The notes beneath the pieces are model-generated. The model was not told the origin of the DNA. It made no database searches and was given only the letters and a program-made list of their open reading frames with translations. The translations under genes and the position numbers were made by a program. A stretch of 63,996 bases of DNA, the filler included, from an uncultured Methanosarcinales archaeon (GTDB lineage Archaea; Nanobdellota; Nanobdellia; Woesearchaeales; CAYXTQ01): NCBI GenBank assembly GCA_964608065.1. It is 6 parts of 6 records of this genome, joined end to end, with 100 filler letters (N's around TTAATTAATTAA, not from the genome) between each part and the next. Parts side by side here need not be neighbours in the genome. Positions count along the whole stretch, not along the records: positions 61,754 to 63,996 come from CAZSMA010000124.1; 5 more parts are not named here. One strand, given 5' to 3'. Positions 61,754 through 63,996 of this stretch are shown in pieces (the stretch's first letter is position 1; every line of letters begins with the position of its first letter).

Positions 61754-62320
61754 TTAGATGAATTGAATTGGATTCATACTAAAAAGGTTGTTAAAATAGC
61801 TTTGGCTCTGGCAGAAAAAGAGGGAGCAAATAAAGAAATCGTAGAGATTGCAGCCTGGCTTCATGACATAGGAAAATCAGATAAAGATAGTACAGTTATA
61901 AATCATCATAATTTAGGTGTTAAAATTGCAGAAGATTTACTAAAGAAAAAGGGAACTAATCCAGAACTAATTAAAGAAATATGCCATATTATTGAAACCC
62001 ATATGGGACCGCCTACAGGTAAATTTTTGTTATCAGAATTAAAAAAAGCTGGAAGAAGATTTGATTTTCCCCGGCCAGATACAAAAGAATCAAAAATTAT
62101 TTATGATGCAGACATGATTGATTTATGCTCTCCCTTTGGTATTGCAAAAATTATTCATCTAAGAACAAAGTATGGGAAAGATTTTCTGGATTCTATTGAA
62201 AGTGCTAAAGATACAGCTTTTGCTGCTTACAATGATTTACAAACCAAAAGTGGAAAAGAATTAGGAGAAAGATATTTTAAAGTAAGTAAAGAATTTTTTG
62301 AAATAATTGAAGGAAAATAA
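61754..62320 (+). CDS. HD-domain phosphohydrolase, 5' truncated
   Basis: H...AAWLHDIGK...HH...IYDADMID. Confidence 0.88.
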   Translation, partial: LDELNWIHTKKVVKIALALAEKEGANKEIVEIAAWLHDIGKSDKDSTVINHHNLGVKIAEDLLKKKGTNPELIKEICHIIETHMGPPTGKFLLSELKKAGRRFDFPRPDTKESKIIYDADMIDLCSPFGIAKIIHLRTKYGKDFLDSIESAKDTAFAAYNDLQTKSGKELGERYFKVSKEFFEIIEGK

Positions 62321-62323
62321 AAA

Positions 62324-62785
62324 ATGAGAATAGTAAGTGCTTGTTTACTAGGAATAAAATGCAGATATGATGCCAAGAGTAATCCGGATAAGAAGGTTAT
62401 TAAACTTCTTAATAAAGAAGTTTTAATTCCAGTTTGTCCAGAACAATTAGGCGGATTAAAAACCCCAAGAAAAGGGAATGGTATTTTAGATGGGGATGGA
62501 AGGAGTGTAGTTTCAGGAAATGCACAAGTAATTGATCGTGGCAGGAAGGATGTGACAAAAAATTTCATTCGTGGCGCCAAAGAAACTCTTAAGATAGTTA
62601 AGTTATATAACATAAAAGAAGCTATACTTAAACAGGGAAGTCCATCTTGTGGCTGTGGGTTAGCTTTTCAATGGAAAAAAATTAATGGTAAGTGGAGTAA
62701 CCGTAGACGCAAAGGTAATGGTGTAACAACCACTTTATTGAAAAGAGAGGGTATTAAGATTTTGACAGAAGAGGAAATAAGATGA
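62324..62785 (+). CDS. DUF523 family protein (2-thiouracil desulfurase-like)
   Basis: VSACLLG..CRYD, VCPEQLGGL.TPR, SPSCG, GVT. Confidence 0.92.
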   Translation: MRIVSACLLGIKCRYDAKSNPDKKVIKLLNKEVLIPVCPEQLGGLKTPRKGNGILDGDGRSVVSGNAQVIDRGRKDVTKNFIRGAKETLKIVKLYNIKEAILKQGSPSCGCGLAFQWKKINGKWSNRRRKGNGVTTTLLKREGIKILTEEEIR

Positions 62786-63363
62786 CAACCTACAAGATAA
62801 GAAAAAACAGGAAGATGAGGGGCTCTAAGACACATGGCTGGGGAGCTATGAAAAAACACAGGGGAGCAGGCTCCCGCGGCGGCAGGGGAATGGCTGGAAC
62901 TGGAAAAAGAGGAGATGCAAAAAAGCCAAGCATCTGGAAGGATAAAAAATACTTTGGAAAGCATGGCTTCAAAAGGCCAAAGAAGATAACCATTGAAATA
63001 AAGGCAATAAACCTCAAAACAATTGAGCAAAAACTTGAATCACTGCTGTCAAAGAAAATGATTGAAAAAAAGAATGATTCTTATGTTGTTGATTTAAAGA
63101 AACTTGGCTTTAACAAGCTTCTAAGCACAGGCAAGATTACAAAAAAGTTTAGTATAAAATGCGAGTATGCGTCCAAGAAAGCTATTGACAAAATTAAAAA
63201 AGCTGGCGGCAGTATTATTTTGGAAGAGAAAAAACCTAAAAAAATTAAGGAGAAGCCAAAAGAAGAAAAACCAGTTGCTGAAACAGCAGAGAAAGTTGAG
63301 GAAAAACCTATTGCTCAAAAAGCAGAAAAAATTGAAACAAAAGAAAAAGAAGTTAAAAAATAA
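62782..63363 (+). CDS. rpl15: 50S ribosomal protein uL15 with Lys/Glu-rich tail
   Basis: RGSKTHGWG..KKHRGAGSRGGRGMAG, FGKHGF. Confidence 0.96.
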   Translation: MTTYKIRKNRKMRGSKTHGWGAMKKHRGAGSRGGRGMAGTGKRGDAKKPSIWKDKKYFGKHGFKRPKKITIEIKAINLKTIEQKLESLLSKKMIEKKNDSYVVDLKKLGFNKLLSTGKITKKFSIKCEYASKKAIDKIKKAGGSIILEEKKPKKIKEKPKEEKPVAETAEKVEEKPIAQKAEKIETKEKEVKK

Positions 63364-63374
63364 AAACCTTTAAA

Positions 63375-63996
63375 ATGTCAGTTATTGATAGCATTATAGA
63401 AAATCTGCCAGAGGTGTCTGGCCCAACACAAAAAAAGCTTTCTTTTAAAGAAAAGCTAAAGTGGACAGGCATTGTTCTTGTTTTATTCTTTATTCTTGGA
63501 ATGATACCTTTGTTTGGGCTTGGAATTAATGCACTGACACATTTTGAACATTTCTCAATAATTCTTGCTGCAAAATTTGGCTCTTTAATATCACTTGGTA
63601 TTGGGCCAATAGTTACTGCATCTATTATCCTGCAATTATTAAATGGTTCAGGCATTCTGAAGATGGACCTTACAACACATGAGGGCAAGAAAAGATTTCA
63701 GGGATTACAGAAATTGTTGTCTATTGTAATTATTTTTGTTGAAGCAGCTATTTTTGTTTTTATGGGGGGCCTGGCTCCTGCAATAGAATATGCTGGAACA
63801 ACTGTTTACCTGCAATTAGAATTAATTTTGGTATTCCAGCTGTTCCTTGGGGGAATGCTGATTTTGTTTATGGATGAGGTTGTAAGCAAGTGGGGCTTTG
63901 GCTCTGGAATATCCTTGTTTATAGCAGCTGGTGTCAGCCAGACCATATTTGTAAGGGCATTATCACCTTTGCCATCACCACTCCAGCCAGAACTTG
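63375..63996 (+). CDS. secY: Preprotein translocase SecY, runs off the window (not in ORF track)
   Basis: LPEV...FKEKLKWTG, LGIGPIVTASIILQLL, MDEVVSKWGFGSGISLFIAAG. Confidence 0.96.
   Translation, partial: MSVIDSIIENLPEVSGPTQKKLSFKEKLKWTGIVLVLFFILGMIPLFGLGINALTHFEHFSIILAAKFGSLISLGIGPIVTASIILQLLNGSGILKMDLTTHEGKKRFQGLQKLLSIVIIFVEAAIFVFMGGLAPAIEYAGTTVYLQLELILVFQLFLGGMLILFMDEVVSKWGFGSGISLFIAAGVSQTIFVRALSPLPSPLQPEL

Overview
Low-GC archaeal DNA, most consistent with a DPANN (Woesearchaeota-like) metagenome bin. The archaeal markers are rps8e, rpl37e, Lsm, uL15-secY, GINS, an S-layer protein, class III pilins and intron-rich tRNAs. The window is six contigs joined by artificial N44-TTAATTAATTAA-N44 linkers (12383-12482, 24809-24908, 37220-37319, 49490-49589, 61654-61753), so gene neighbourhood is only meaningful within a contig. 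It also has four 100-N scaffold gaps. Content: bacterial-type metK with an HTH-CBS regulator, several toxin-antitoxin-like pairs, Lhr/MPE, a folate/one-carbon/purine cluster, a surface glycosylation cluster, a Cys-rich surface protein, queuosine salvage genes and four tRNAs. Main finding: metK is split inside its GHPDK active-site motif by a 32-nt insert that folds into a canonical bulge-helix-bulge, and its precise excision restores a 387-aa enzyme. This is a candidate tRNA-type intron in an mRNA. Three tRNAs carry 2-3 (possibly 4) BHB-type introns, and one ~80-nt intron is shared between different tRNAs at different positions. Two families of small hairpin elements are dispersed across the contigs; one of them occurs in a tRNA intron, in frame in a CDS and between genes. 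A DIP1984-like gene is followed by a ~200-nt structured RNA containing a heptamer array. All calls were made by eye, with no database searches.
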